A DNA stretch of 63,887 nucleotides, filler included, from Caldilineae bacterium (GTDB taxonomy: Bacteria > Chloroflexota > Anaerolineae > DTLA01): NCBI GenBank assembly GCA_037446815.1. It is 7 parts of 7 records of this genome, joined end to end, with 100 filler letters (N's around TTAATTAATTAA, not from the genome) between each part and the next. Parts side by side here need not be neighbours in the genome. Positions count along the whole stretch, not along the records: positions 41,134 to 51,234 come from JBBIHX010000107.1; positions 51,335 to 61,412 come from JBBIHX010000108.1; 5 more parts are not named here. One strand, 5' to 3'. The notes under the pieces were generated by a model. That model saw only the letters and a program-made list of their open reading frames with translations, was not told where the DNA came from and searched no databases. This document shows, piece by piece, positions 43,286 to 55,806 of the stretch. Every line of letters starts with the position of its first letter. The stretch's first letter is position 1. Made by a program: the position numbers and the translations under genes.

Positions 43286-43422
43286 CCGCAAACCTCCCGC
43301 AAGCGATGCGAACGCTGCACCGTAACCGTAGGCCACCGACGCCGTGCCGGATGGGGTCGGTTGTCCCTACCGGCGCATTATAACACAAGACACCAGCGGG
43401 TCAAGCATGTATTCCATCGCCG

Positions 43423-43572
43423 CAGTCGGTTTCATCTTATGTTGGTGAACCGCATGTACACTCTCCTCGTGTGTCAGTGCGAGCGAAGCGACGCAATCTC
43501 ACGCCTCGGAGATTGCTTCGGGCGCTACGCGCCCTCGCAATGACAAGTACCAACAGACTTTGGAACCGAATC
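43423..43572 (+). mobile_element. MITE copy, type A, between divergent promoters
   Basis: Perfect TSD CATCGCCG at 43415-43422 and 43573-43580. Confidence 0.92.
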
Positions 43573-43655
43573 CATCGCCGCGGTTCTTTGCCCTGGACTC
43601 GCTCCCCGTGTTATAATCCGCCCGCAGAGCAGGAACGCCTGCCAGGGGGAGAACC

Positions 43656-44453
43656 GTGACCCGAGAGCGGCAGTATCGCACCGAGGCCATCGTGCTCAAG
43701 CGGAGCGACTTCGGCGAGGCCGACCGCGTCCTCACGCTGTACACGCCGGAACGCGGAAAGGTGCGCGTGGTCGCCAAGGGCATCCGCCGCATCACCAGCC
43801 GCAAGGCCGGCCATCTGGAGATGTTCGTGCGCTCGCGCATCCTGCTGCACGGGGGCCGCGACCTGGACATCGTCGCCCAGGCCGAGAGCGTGGAGACCTA
43901 CCGTCCCCTGCGCGAGGACTTGCGCCGCACCGCCTGCGCCTACTTCGTCGCCGAACTGCTGGACGGCTTCACCGGCGAAGAGGAAGGGCAGGCGGCGGTG
44001 TACGAACTACTGGTGGAGACCCTGCGGCGACTGAGCACGGCCCGCGACCTGTGGCTGGCGACCCATTACTTTGAGATGCGCCTGCTGGGGTTGCTGGGAT
44101 ACCGGCCAGAACTGTTCTTCTGCGTGCGGTGTCGCGCCCCGCTGAAGCCGGAGGGCAACGTGCTGGATCCGGCGGCGGGGGGCCTGGTGTGCCCGCGGTG
44201 CGGCGGCGACGAACTCCACCTGGAGACGGTCTCGCCCCAGGCGTTTGAGGTGCTGCGGTTCTTGCAGACGCGCCCCTACGAGGTGTGCGCGACGCTGCCG
44301 CTGAACAATCGGGTTCGCCGCGAGGTGGAGAATCTGCTGGAAAGTTATGACGTGTACCTGATGGAGCGGCGGCTGAAGAGCGCGGCGTTCCTGCGGGACC
44401 TGCGCCGACGGTGGCAGACGTTAGACGCGCGGGCGACGGAGTCCGACGCATAG
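43656..44453 (+). CDS. recO: DNA repair protein RecO
   Basis: FGEADR..LYT..GKV..AKG, C4 zinc finger CVRC/CPRC. Confidence 0.95.
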   Translation: MTRERQYRTEAIVLKRSDFGEADRVLTLYTPERGKVRVVAKGIRRITSRKAGHLEMFVRSRILLHGGRDLDIVAQAESVETYRPLREDLRRTACAYFVAELLDGFTGEEEGQAAVYELLVETLRRLSTARDLWLATHYFEMRLLGLLGYRPELFFCVRCRAPLKPEGNVLDPAAGGLVCPRCGGDELHLETVSPQAFEVLRFLQTRPYEVCATLPLNNRVRREVENLLESYDVYLMERRLKSAAFLRDLRRRWQTLDARATESDA

Positions 44454-44611
44454 GCCCCTCTGCGAACTCCGCGCCTGATCCGAGGCAAGGGCAGGTCCTG
44501 GTTATTGGTGGCAGTAAGGGCGGGGCTGAGACCCGCCCCTACACGGCGTGGCTGTTGCACCGCGGAGACTCCGCGCCTCGGCGGTGAACTACTCAATTCG
44601 GGAGTTTGATA

Positions 44612-47597
<2,986 letters not shown>

Positions 47598-47599
<2 letters not shown>

Positions 47600-47800
47600 C
47601 GGCTTGCGCGGCGGCTTCAGCCCCGCGCGGCGACGCGCCCGCACGTAGCGCGGCGGCTTTAGCCCCGCGCGGGAGGTGCGCATGCACGGGCGAGCGGCCC
47701 CCCTGGGACACGCCCGACGCTAAAGCATCGGGTTGAGTGTGCGGGGCCGTGCAGGCTGGGGCTGGCCCCTCAGCGCGGCGGCTTCAGCCCCGCGCGGGAG
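47598..47800. repeat. REP-like GCGCGGCGGCTTYAGCCCCGCGC repeats (also ~30125, ~30201, ~61274 reverse)
   Basis: Three copies between the convergent glyQS and ubiD genes. Confidence 0.7.
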
Positions 47801-47823
47801 GTGCGCTTGCCCTGCGGCGCGGG

Positions 47824-49149
47824 TTACTTCAGGGGACTCGGCGGGTAGTTCACGCGGCGGAAATCCAGCCGCTCCCTGTCGCTGAGGAGCCTGCCCGCGT
47901 GGTCGCGCCACGGGATGGTGGCGTCCAGGCCCATCTTGTCGGTGCGCGTCTTCTGGCCCGGCACGTGGCGCGCCGAAGGGTCCAGCGAACTCCCGGGCTC
48001 ATCGGGCAGGACGACCAAATCCCGCCCCGCCTGGAACCGCGTGGCGATGGCCCATTCCACATCGGCCGGGTTGTGGATGTCCACATCCTCGTCCACGACA
48101 ACCACATGCTTCAGCGAGCCGTGCCCTCGGAAGGCCGCCTCAATGGCCCGACGGCCATCGTCCTCCTGGCGCTTGCGAATCTGCACCACCGCGTGAAGCC
48201 ATGAGGTGCCGCCGGGGGTGATGAGCACGTCCAGGCACTCGGCCACTTTGCTCACCTCGGCGAAGATGGTCGGCTCCCGGGGCATTCCCATCAGCACCTT
48301 ATGCTCGCTCTTCCCCGGCAGCAGGGCGTGGTAGATCGGGTCTCTGCGGTGGGTAATGCACCCGATTTCCACGACGGGCTGTTGGCGGACGATGTCCCAC
48401 GTCTCGGTCAAGTCTATGAACGGCCCTTCGGCCGCGAACTCGCCGGTGAACCGCCCCTCCAGGACGAACTCCGCCTCGGCGGGGACCTCCAGGTCTATCG
48501 TCTTGCACCGCACCATGGGCGTCGGCCGTAGCGCATTGGCGATGCCCAGTTCGTCCACGCCCTTTGGCGGAGACATGGCTGCGGCCAGCAGCACGGCGGG
48601 CGATACACCGATGCAGATGGCGACTTCCAGGCGGCCGCCCGTCTTGGCGAGGGCGGTGGCCGTGCCGCGCCCCTCCACCACCCGCGCCGCGAAGCGATTG
48701 GGGCCGATTTGCATCAGCCGGTGGAACGACATGTTGCGGCCCAGGTCGGGGTCGCGGATGATGGCGACGCCCGACGTGATGTACGGCCCGCCGTCGCCCT
48801 GGATGTGCGTCAGGATGGGGAGGGCGTCCAGATTCACCTCGCGCTCCACCACCTCTTGGCACGGGGCGTGGTCAACAATCTCCGGGGGCGCGGGGTGCTC
48901 CAGCGCGTGGGCAAGGGTCGCCAGCAGGTTGCGCCGCTCCACGCCCAGGCTCGCGGCGATCAAGCCTCGGTCGCTGCACACGCCCACGAGGACGGGGATG
49001 TCGTAGCCCCTCACGCGGCGGAACAGCACGGGCCGCCCATCCAGGTCGGCGGCGACGGCGGCCAGTTCCAGGTGGCGATCCACCTCCGCATCCACGCGGA
49101 TGAGCCTGTCGGCCCGTTCCGCCAGCCGAATAAACTCGCGCACGCTCAC
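47824..49149 (-). CDS. ubiD: UbiD-family decarboxylase; probable anhydromevalonate phosphate decarboxylase
   Basis: GGPYITSG, NMSFHR, EGPF.D, VDEDVDI..VEWAIATRFQ, SSLDPS; operon with ubiX and mvk. Confidence 0.9.
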   Translation of the reverse strand: MSVREFIRLAERADRLIRVDAEVDRHLELAAVAADLDGRPVLFRRVRGYDIPVLVGVCSDRGLIAASLGVERRNLLATLAHALEHPAPPEIVDHAPCQEVVEREVNLDALPILTHIQGDGGPYITSGVAIIRDPDLGRNMSFHRLMQIGPNRFAARVVEGRGTATALAKTGGRLEVAICIGVSPAVLLAAAMSPPKGVDELGIANALRPTPMVRCKTIDLEVPAEAEFVLEGRFTGEFAAEGPFIDLTETWDIVRQQPVVEIGCITHRRDPIYHALLPGKSEHKVLMGMPREPTIFAEVSKVAECLDVLITPGGTSWLHAVVQIRKRQEDDGRRAIEAAFRGHGSLKHVVVVDEDVDIHNPADVEWAIATRFQAGRDLVVLPDEPGSSLDPSARHVPGQKTRTDKMGLDATIPWRDHAGRLLSDRERLDFRRVNYPPSPLK

Positions 49150-49706
49150 GGTTCATCCTCCCATGCGGGCACACCCTCCCACCGCCGGTACAAGGTGTGG
49201 GGAAGCCCCAGCGCGTCCAGGATTTTGCCCACCACAAAATCCACCATGTCGTCCAGCGTCTGGGGGCCGAAGTAGAAGGCCATGTTCGGCGGCAGGATGA
49301 CAGCCCCCGCCATCTTGGCCAGGCGCATGTTTTCCAGGGCCGCCAGCGACAGGGGCGTCTCGCGGGGGACCAAGACGAGCCTTCGCCCCATGCGCAGCAT
49401 GTTGTCGGCGGCGCGGCCAATGAGGTTGGAACTCAAGCCGTGGGCCACCATCGCCAGCGTCTTCATGGAGCAGGGGACGATGACCATCCCATCGGCCAAG
49501 AACGACGACGACGCCAGGGGCGCATTCCAGTCCTCCTCGCCGTAACGGTACGTGGCGGCGAGAGGCGCATCGCCCAGTTCGTGGCGCAGGACGGCGCGGG
49601 CCGCGTCCGACAGGATGAGGTGGGTCTCGTGTTCGGCCAAGTGCTCCAGCAGTCGGACGGCCAGGATGGCGCCCGACGCGCCGGTAACGGCCACGATGAG
49701 GCGCAT
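49146..49706 (-). CDS. ubiX: flavin prenyltransferase
   Basis: AVTGASG, PCSMKTL, VPRETPL, AFY. Confidence 0.95.
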   Translation of the reverse strand: MRLIVAVTGASGAILAVRLLEHLAEHETHLILSDAARAVLRHELGDAPLAATYRYGEEDWNAPLASSSFLADGMVIVPCSMKTLAMVAHGLSSNLIGRAADNMLRMGRRLVLVPRETPLSLAALENMRLAKMAGAVILPPNMAFYFGPQTLDDMVDFVVGKILDALGLPHTLYRRWEGVPAWEDEP

Positions 49707-49707
49707 C

Positions 49708-50652
49708 TCACGATACCTCCGTGATGATGACCCGCTTGGCGCCGGCGAGCCGCAGGAACATGTCCACGCGCCCGCGCGTTTCGGGGGTAACGAGCGCAAT
49801 CAGGTTGCCGCCTCTGCCCGCGCCCGAGAGTTTCGCGCCCAGCGCTCCGCCGTCCAGCGCGGCCTGCGCCAGTCGGTCCAGTTCCGGGCACGAGACGCCC
49901 ATGGCCTGCAACAGCGCGTGATTGCGGTTCATCAAATCGCCCAGCCGGGGCAAATCACCCGTTTCTATGGCGCCCCGACCCTGGTACGCAATCTCGGCGA
50001 TTTCGTCAAACAGGAATTCGTAGCGGCCGAGGTTCTCCTGGTAGCGACGGCGCACGTCGGCGACGACATCCTTGGTCTCGCTGGCGATGCCTGTATCGGC
50101 GATGGCCAGCAGGAACGGCGTGTTCACCCAGAAGATCTCCAGCGTCCGCCCGCGGACGAAGTACACCGGCTTGCCAAAGGCGATGACGGTGTTGTCCACG
50201 CCGCTGGGCGTGCCGTGGTACAACTTCTCCGCCTCGTACACCAAATCGGACACGGCTCGGGATGTGAGGTGCTTGCCGAAGTAGCGGGCCAGGGCGCGGA
50301 CAATGGCGGTGGAGACGGCGGCGCCGCTGCCCAGGCCGCGGGCGATGGGAATGGTGGATTCCACCGAGATGCGGATGTCGGGCTGGGGCGGGATCTCCAG
50401 ATGGGCCAGGGTCTTCCACACGATGGCGGCCAGGGCATCGTCGGCGCCGGCGGACGACAGCGGGTATCGGAGGTCAAGGTCGCGGGCTTCCAAAATCACG
50501 CCCTGTCCGGGCTCGCCCAGACTGACCTCGGCCCGCGCCTGCACCTCAAACACCGGCACGGCGATGGCCGGACGGCCGTACACCACCGCGTGTTCGCCGA
50601 ATAGGATGACCTTCCCGGGAGCCGTTCCGACGGCCTTTTCTCTGCTGCGCAT
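49708..50652 (-). CDS. mvk: mevalonate kinase
   Basis: PGKVILFGEHAVVYG, PIARGLGSGAA, HGTPSGVD, KLSGAGRGG. Confidence 0.95.
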   Translation of the reverse strand: MRSREKAVGTAPGKVILFGEHAVVYGRPAIAVPVFEVQARAEVSLGEPGQGVILEARDLDLRYPLSSAGADDALAAIVWKTLAHLEIPPQPDIRISVESTIPIARGLGSGAAVSTAIVRALARYFGKHLTSRAVSDLVYEAEKLYHGTPSGVDNTVIAFGKPVYFVRGRTLEIFWVNTPFLLAIADTGIASETKDVVADVRRRYQENLGRYEFLFDEIAEIAYQGRGAIETGDLPRLGDLMNRNHALLQAMGVSCPELDRLAQAALDGGALGAKLSGAGRGGNLIALVTPETRGRVDMFLRLAGAKRVIITEVS

Positions 50653-51568
50653 TCCCTGCCCTCACCATGGGGCAGTATAGCACAGCGCCCGAGCGCGGGC
50701 AAGGCGTGCGGCCAGGCTCACGCACGGCGCGCGTTGTCCCTCCATCCCGCTGTTATGCTCAGCCGCGGGCGAAGCATCTCGGTCGGCGCAATGCCTCGCG
50801 GCTGGCGCCATTCAGTCTGGGGCGGGGATTGCCGCGGCGTCAACCTCACCCATCCCCACCCAGCCCTCCCCTTCCCTCTCCGCGAGCGGAGAGGGAAGGG
50901 GAGGGTATGGGAGGGGTTAGGTGAGGTCAAGAACCCGTCGCTGCTCGTCATTATTTGCAGACCTCAACGGTCTCCAAAGCCCTTGAGGTCTGGTCGCGCC
51001 CGCACCAGGGGGCTTGGCCCCGCGCGGCCGCGCTCTATCGCCTGACGGGAGAGGGTTGGGGTGAGGGCATTCACGTGCGACGCACTTTCGGAAGTGCGTC
51101 GCACGTTGTCGCCCGCACGCTCGCAACGCCGGATGTCAGCGGGAGAGGGTCTGGGTGAGGGCGTTCACATGCGACGCGCCTCCGAGGTGCACCGCACGTA
51201 GCCACCTTCGTGCCCATTCGCGGATGCGGCCCCCNNNNNNNNNNNNNNNNNNNNNNNNNNNNNNNNNNNNNNNNNNNNTTAATTAATTAANNNNNNNNNN
51301 NNNNNNNNNNNNNNNNNNNNNNNNNNNNNNNNNNACGCCCTCACCCCAGCCCTCTCCCAGCGGGCGAGGGAGCGACGCCCTCACCCCCGGCCTTCAGCCT
51401 CGGGGAACGACGGGGCGAGGTCAGCCGCAATCCGTGCTATCCGTGGATACAACCCTGGAGATGCTTCGCCTTCGGCTCAGCATGACAGGAGAGCGACAAC
51501 GTGCGATGCACTTTCGGAGGTGTGTCGCACGTTGCTCCCCGCCCCGAACTCCGTATCAAGGGGTTTTT

Positions 51569-51719
51569 GAGTCGGTTCCAAACTGTGTTGGTGAACCGTA
51601 GGCGTGCTCTCCTCGTGTGTCATTGCGAGCGAAGCGAAGCAATCGCACGCCCCGGAGGTTGCTTCGGGCGCTCCGCGCCCTCGCAATGACAAAACACCAA
51701 CAGAATTTGGAACCGAGTC
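51569..51719 (+). mobile_element. MITE copy, type A, upstream of rpsA
   Basis: TIRs GAGTCGGTTCCA / TGGAACCGAGTC; degenerate TSD GGGTTTTT and GGCTTTTG. Confidence 0.88.
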
Positions 51720-51804
51720 GGCTTTTGCAAGGTTTGCGTTTTCGCGCAACATACGCTATAATAGCAACAAGAGCAGTAAATCTCAACGGTAAGGGGAAGC
51801 TCGG

Positions 51805-53139
51805 ATGGAGAATCGGCAGCCGGACGTTCATGGACAGGATCAGGAGGTTACCCTAAGCACACCGCCCGTTACCCCGCCTTCTATGGAAGACCTCTTGCAA
51901 CAGGAACAGTTTGGTCTCAAGTCATTTGCCCGGAATGAGACGGTGGAGGGAACCATCGTCGCCATCACGGACACGGAGATGCTGGTAGACATCGGTGGCA
52001 AATCAGAAGCCATCGTGCCTCAGCGCGACCTGGAAGCGCTAGACCCAAAGTTCCGCAGTGGCTTGCAGGTGGGGGATAAGGTGATGGCGGTCGTCGTCCG
52101 GCCGCAGACAGCCGAAGGCCACATCGTTATCTCGCTGGCCCGCGCCGAGTTGGAAAAGGACTGGCGTGAGGCCGAGCGCCTTCACAAGACCCAGGAAGTC
52201 TTTGACGGCCTCGTTACCGGCTACAACAAGGGCGGGCTCATCGTCCGCATGGGCAAACTGCGCGGATTCGTGCCCGCTTCCCAATTGGCCAACGAGCACC
52301 AGCGCAAGGGCGACGACAGCGAGCAGGTTTGGGCCGATCTCACCGGCAAGACCCTGCCGCTCAAGGTGATTGAAATAGACCGCAAGCGCAATCGGCTCAT
52401 TCTCTCCGAGCGGGCCGCGCTGCGCGAGGTGCGCGAGGGCCAGAAGGAGCGGCTGCTGGACTCGCTCCGAGAAGGAGAGGTGCGCAAGGGCGTCGTTACC
52501 AGCGTCTGCGATTTTGGAGCGTTCGTGGACCTGGGTGGAGCCGACGGGCTGATTCACATCTCCGAGTTGGCGTGGGGGCGCATCGCCCATCCCAGCGAGG
52601 TCGTGAAAGTCGGACAGGAGGTGGAAGTCTACGTCCTGAGCGTGGATCACGAGCGGAAGCGCATCGGGCTGAGCCTCAAGCGCCTGGAACCGGAGCCGTG
52701 GGACCTGGTGGAACAGCGTTACCGGGTCGGGCAATTGGTAGAAGGCGTCATCACGAAACTCACGTCGTTTGGCGCGTTCGCCCGCATTGACGACGCCATT
52801 GAGGGGCTGATTCACATCTCCGAACTGTCGGACGACCGCATCACCCATCCAAAGGAGATTGTGAAGGAAGGGGAAACGCACACCCTGCGCATCCTTCGCA
52901 TTGACTCGCAGAAGCGGCGAATGGGGCTCAGCCTTAAGCGCGTGGCCGATCCCCAGTACGCGGACATTGACTGGCGCGAGGAGTATGCAGCCGGCCTCCA
53001 GGACGACTGGGATGAAGACGACGAGTTGGCCGACAACGCCGAGACCATAACGGATGAGCAGGTGGAGGCATGCCTGAAAGAAGCCGACGCCGCCGACGAA
53101 GGGAGTATTGCCGAGGCCGACCAGGAGGAAACCGTGTAG
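51805..53139 (+). CDS. rpsA: 30S ribosomal protein S1 (four S1 domains plus acidic tail; start may be 51883)
   Basis: RGFVPASQ, FGAFVDLGGADGLIHISE, EGLIHISE; promoter TTGCGT-17-TATAAT at 51734-51762. Confidence 0.93.
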   Translation: MENRQPDVHGQDQEVTLSTPPVTPPSMEDLLQQEQFGLKSFARNETVEGTIVAITDTEMLVDIGGKSEAIVPQRDLEALDPKFRSGLQVGDKVMAVVVRPQTAEGHIVISLARAELEKDWREAERLHKTQEVFDGLVTGYNKGGLIVRMGKLRGFVPASQLANEHQRKGDDSEQVWADLTGKTLPLKVIEIDRKRNRLILSERAALREVREGQKERLLDSLREGEVRKGVVTSVCDFGAFVDLGGADGLIHISELAWGRIAHPSEVVKVGQEVEVYVLSVDHERKRIGLSLKRLEPEPWDLVEQRYRVGQLVEGVITKLTSFGAFARIDDAIEGLIHISELSDDRITHPKEIVKEGETHTLRILRIDSQKRRMGLSLKRVADPQYADIDWREEYAAGLQDDWDEDDELADNAETITDEQVEACLKEADAADEGSIAEADQEETV

Positions 53140-53387
53140 GACACGCGTCCACATTCGGTCATACGCTCTGAATCCCGTCAGCGACGGCGGCTGATCAGGT
53201 TGATTCTCGGAACAAGAATTCGGTGTTAGAGGAAGTCCTACCCTATGCGTTTGAAATGGCCCTAGTTCAACCGGACCGGCGCAGCGGAAGCAGAGATTTT
53301 CAGGGCTGTTTCGCCATAGGGCGGGACAGCCCTGATGTTTTTGGGGACCATAGCAGGGTTTGGGGTACGGAAAGACGAGGCAGTGAG

Positions 53388-55769
53388 ATGGCTACCAAAT
53401 TTGAGCGACTGTTTTCGGAAGAGGCACGTAGAGCGTTGGCGCAGGCGCACGATGAGGCGCGCCGGCTGAAACATAACTACCTGGGCACGGAGCACCTGCT
53501 CCTGGGGTTGATTCGCGAGCAGACGACGGCAGCATTGATTCTGATGCAGATGGGCGTGGACCTGGACGAGATTCGGGCGCTGGTGGAACGAATCGCCGGG
53601 CGCGGCGATTACACGGGCACAGGCGCGCCCACCCTCACGCCTCGGACTCAGCGCGTGATTGAACTCGCCATTGACGAGGCCCAACGCATGGGCCGCGCCC
53701 AGGCGGGGACCGAACATCTCCTGCTCGGCATCATCCGCGAGGGGCAAGGGGTTGCCATCAGCGTCCTGCGCAAGATGGGCCTGGACCTGGAGCGCGTGCG
53801 GCTGCGCGCCACCCAGATGTCGCAGCAGACGGCCATGGCGACGCCCGTCGGCCCGAGGCCAAAGGCCAAAGAGACGCCGCTGATAGACCAGTTGAGCGTG
53901 GACCTGACCGCGCTGGCCGCCGAAGGGAAACTGGACCCCGTCATCGGCCGCGAGCGGGAGATAGAGCGCGTCATCCAGATTCTGTCGCGCCGCACCAAGA
54001 ACAACCCCGCCCTCATCGGCGAGCCGGGCGTCGGCAAGACGGCCATCGTGGAGGGCCTGGCGCAGCGCATTGTCGCGGGCCAGATCCCGCGCCCCCTGCT
54101 CAATCGGCGACTCATCCAGTTGGACGTGGGTTCGCTGGTGGCCGGCACCATGTACCGAGGCCAGTTTGAGGAGCGCCTCAAGAAGGTCATTGACGAAATC
54201 AAAGGATCCAAGTGCATCCTGTTCATTGACGAACTGCACATGCTCGTTGGCGCAGGCGCGGCCGGCAGCCAGGTGGACGCGGCCAACATCCTCAAGCCCG
54301 CCCTCGCCAGGGGCGAACTCCAGTGCATCGGCGCGACGACCAGCGACGAGTACCGCAAATACATAGAGAGCGACGCCGCGCTAGAGCGTCGCTTCCAGCC
54401 CGTGCGGGTGGATGAGCCGTCGGTGGAAGAGACCATCGCCATCCTCAAGGGCATCCGCGAGCGCTACGAGGAGCATCACAACGTGGACATAGACGACGGC
54501 GCCCTGGAGGCGGCAGCGCGCCTTGGCGCTCGGTACATCTCGGACCGCTACCTGCCCGATAAGGCGATTGACCTGATTGACGAGGCCGCGTCGCGCGTGC
54601 GCATGTACAAGTCGCCGGAGGCCATTCGCCCCATAGACGAAGCCCTCCAGGAGACCGAGTCGGGCCAACTGGACCTGGGCTGGCTGAAGCCCCAAAAACG
54701 CCCCGTGGTTACCGCCGACGACATCGCAGAGATGGTGGCCATGTGGACGGGCATCCCCGTGGCGCGGCTGGCCGGCGAAGAGTCCGAGCGCCTGCTGCAC
54801 ATGGAGGAGGCGCTCCATCGGCGCATCGTGGGGCAGGACGAGGCCATCTCCACCATCGCCAAGGCGGTGCGGCGCGCCAGGGCCGGGCTGAAAGACCCCA
54901 AGCGTCCCATCGGCTCATTCATCTTCCTGGGGCCCACCGGCGTCGGCAAGACGGAATTGGCCAAGGCGCTGGCCGAGTTCATGTTCGGGAGCGAAGACGC
55001 GCTGCTACAATTGGACATGTCAGAGTTCATGGAGCGCCACACCGTGTCGCGGCTGGTCGGCGCGCCTCCGGGCTACGTGGGCTACGAAGAGGCCGGGCAG
55101 TTGACCGAGGCCATTCGTCGCCGACCCTACAGCGTCGTGCTATTTGACGAAGTGGAAAAGGCGCACCCCGAAGCCTTCAACATGCTCCTGCAAATCATGG
55201 AAGACGGCCACCTGTCGGACGCCAAGGGCCACAAGGTGGACTTCCGCAACACCATCGTTATCATGACATCCAACGTCGGCGCCGAACTCCTGAACCGCGA
55301 GGCGGCGCTGGGCTTCACGGCGCGGCGCGAGACGGCGAAATCCGAGGAAGAGGCCTACCGGCGGATGCGCGACAAGGTGCTGGATGAACTCAAGCGCACC
55401 TTCCGCCCCGAGTTCCTGAACCGCGTGGACGCCGTCATCGTGTTCCGCGCCCTGAACCGCGAGCAGATTCAGCAGATCGTGGACCTGGAACTGGGCAAGG
55501 TGTGCGAGCGCCTGAAGGAGCACGCGCTATCGCTCCAGGCCACCGACGCGGCGAAGGAGTTGCTCGCCGAGCGGGGCTACGAACCGCAGTTCGGCGCGCG
55601 CCCGCTCCGCCGCGTGATTCAGCAGTTGGTGGAAGACCCCTTGTCGGAGGGCGTCCTCGCGGGACAGTTCCAGCAGGGGGACCATATCCTGGTGGACGTG
55701 GAGAACGGCCAGATTACCCTGCGCGCCATTGACCGAGAGACCGAGGTAGCCGCATCCAGCCCGGCGTGA
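53388..55769 (+). CDS. clpC: Clp/Hsp100 ATPase, ClpC-type
   Basis: Two Clp-N repeats (GTEHLLLG), GEPGVGKT, GPTGVGKT, LGF ClpP-binding loop. Confidence 0.95.
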   Translation: MATKFERLFSEEARRALAQAHDEARRLKHNYLGTEHLLLGLIREQTTAALILMQMGVDLDEIRALVERIAGRGDYTGTGAPTLTPRTQRVIELAIDEAQRMGRAQAGTEHLLLGIIREGQGVAISVLRKMGLDLERVRLRATQMSQQTAMATPVGPRPKAKETPLIDQLSVDLTALAAEGKLDPVIGREREIERVIQILSRRTKNNPALIGEPGVGKTAIVEGLAQRIVAGQIPRPLLNRRLIQLDVGSLVAGTMYRGQFEERLKKVIDEIKGSKCILFIDELHMLVGAGAAGSQVDAANILKPALARGELQCIGATTSDEYRKYIESDAALERRFQPVRVDEPSVEETIAILKGIRERYEEHHNVDIDDGALEAAARLGARYISDRYLPDKAIDLIDEAASRVRMYKSPEAIRPIDEALQETESGQLDLGWLKPQKRPVVTADDIAEMVAMWTGIPVARLAGEESERLLHMEEALHRRIVGQDEAISTIAKAVRRARAGLKDPKRPIGSFIFLGPTGVGKTELAKALAEFMFGSEDALLQLDMSEFMERHTVSRLVGAPPGYVGYEEAGQLTEAIRRRPYSVVLFDEVEKAHPEAFNMLLQIMEDGHLSDAKGHKVDFRNTIVIMTSNVGAELLNREAALGFTARRETAKSEEEAYRRMRDKVLDELKRTFRPEFLNRVDAVIVFRALNREQIQQIVDLELGKVCERLKEHALSLQATDAAKELLAERGYEPQFGARPLRRVIQQLVEDPLSEGVLAGQFQQGDHILVDVENGQITLRAIDRETEVAASSPA

Positions 55770-55806
55770 GGGCGCGCAGGCCCCATCGTATAGGGAGCAG
55801 AGGGTC

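Noticed and set aside
44454..44611. Possible T-box leader before glyQS (and before cysS)
   Set aside because: No GGTGGNACC T-box consensus or stem I motifs found; the region holds REP-like hairpins instead.
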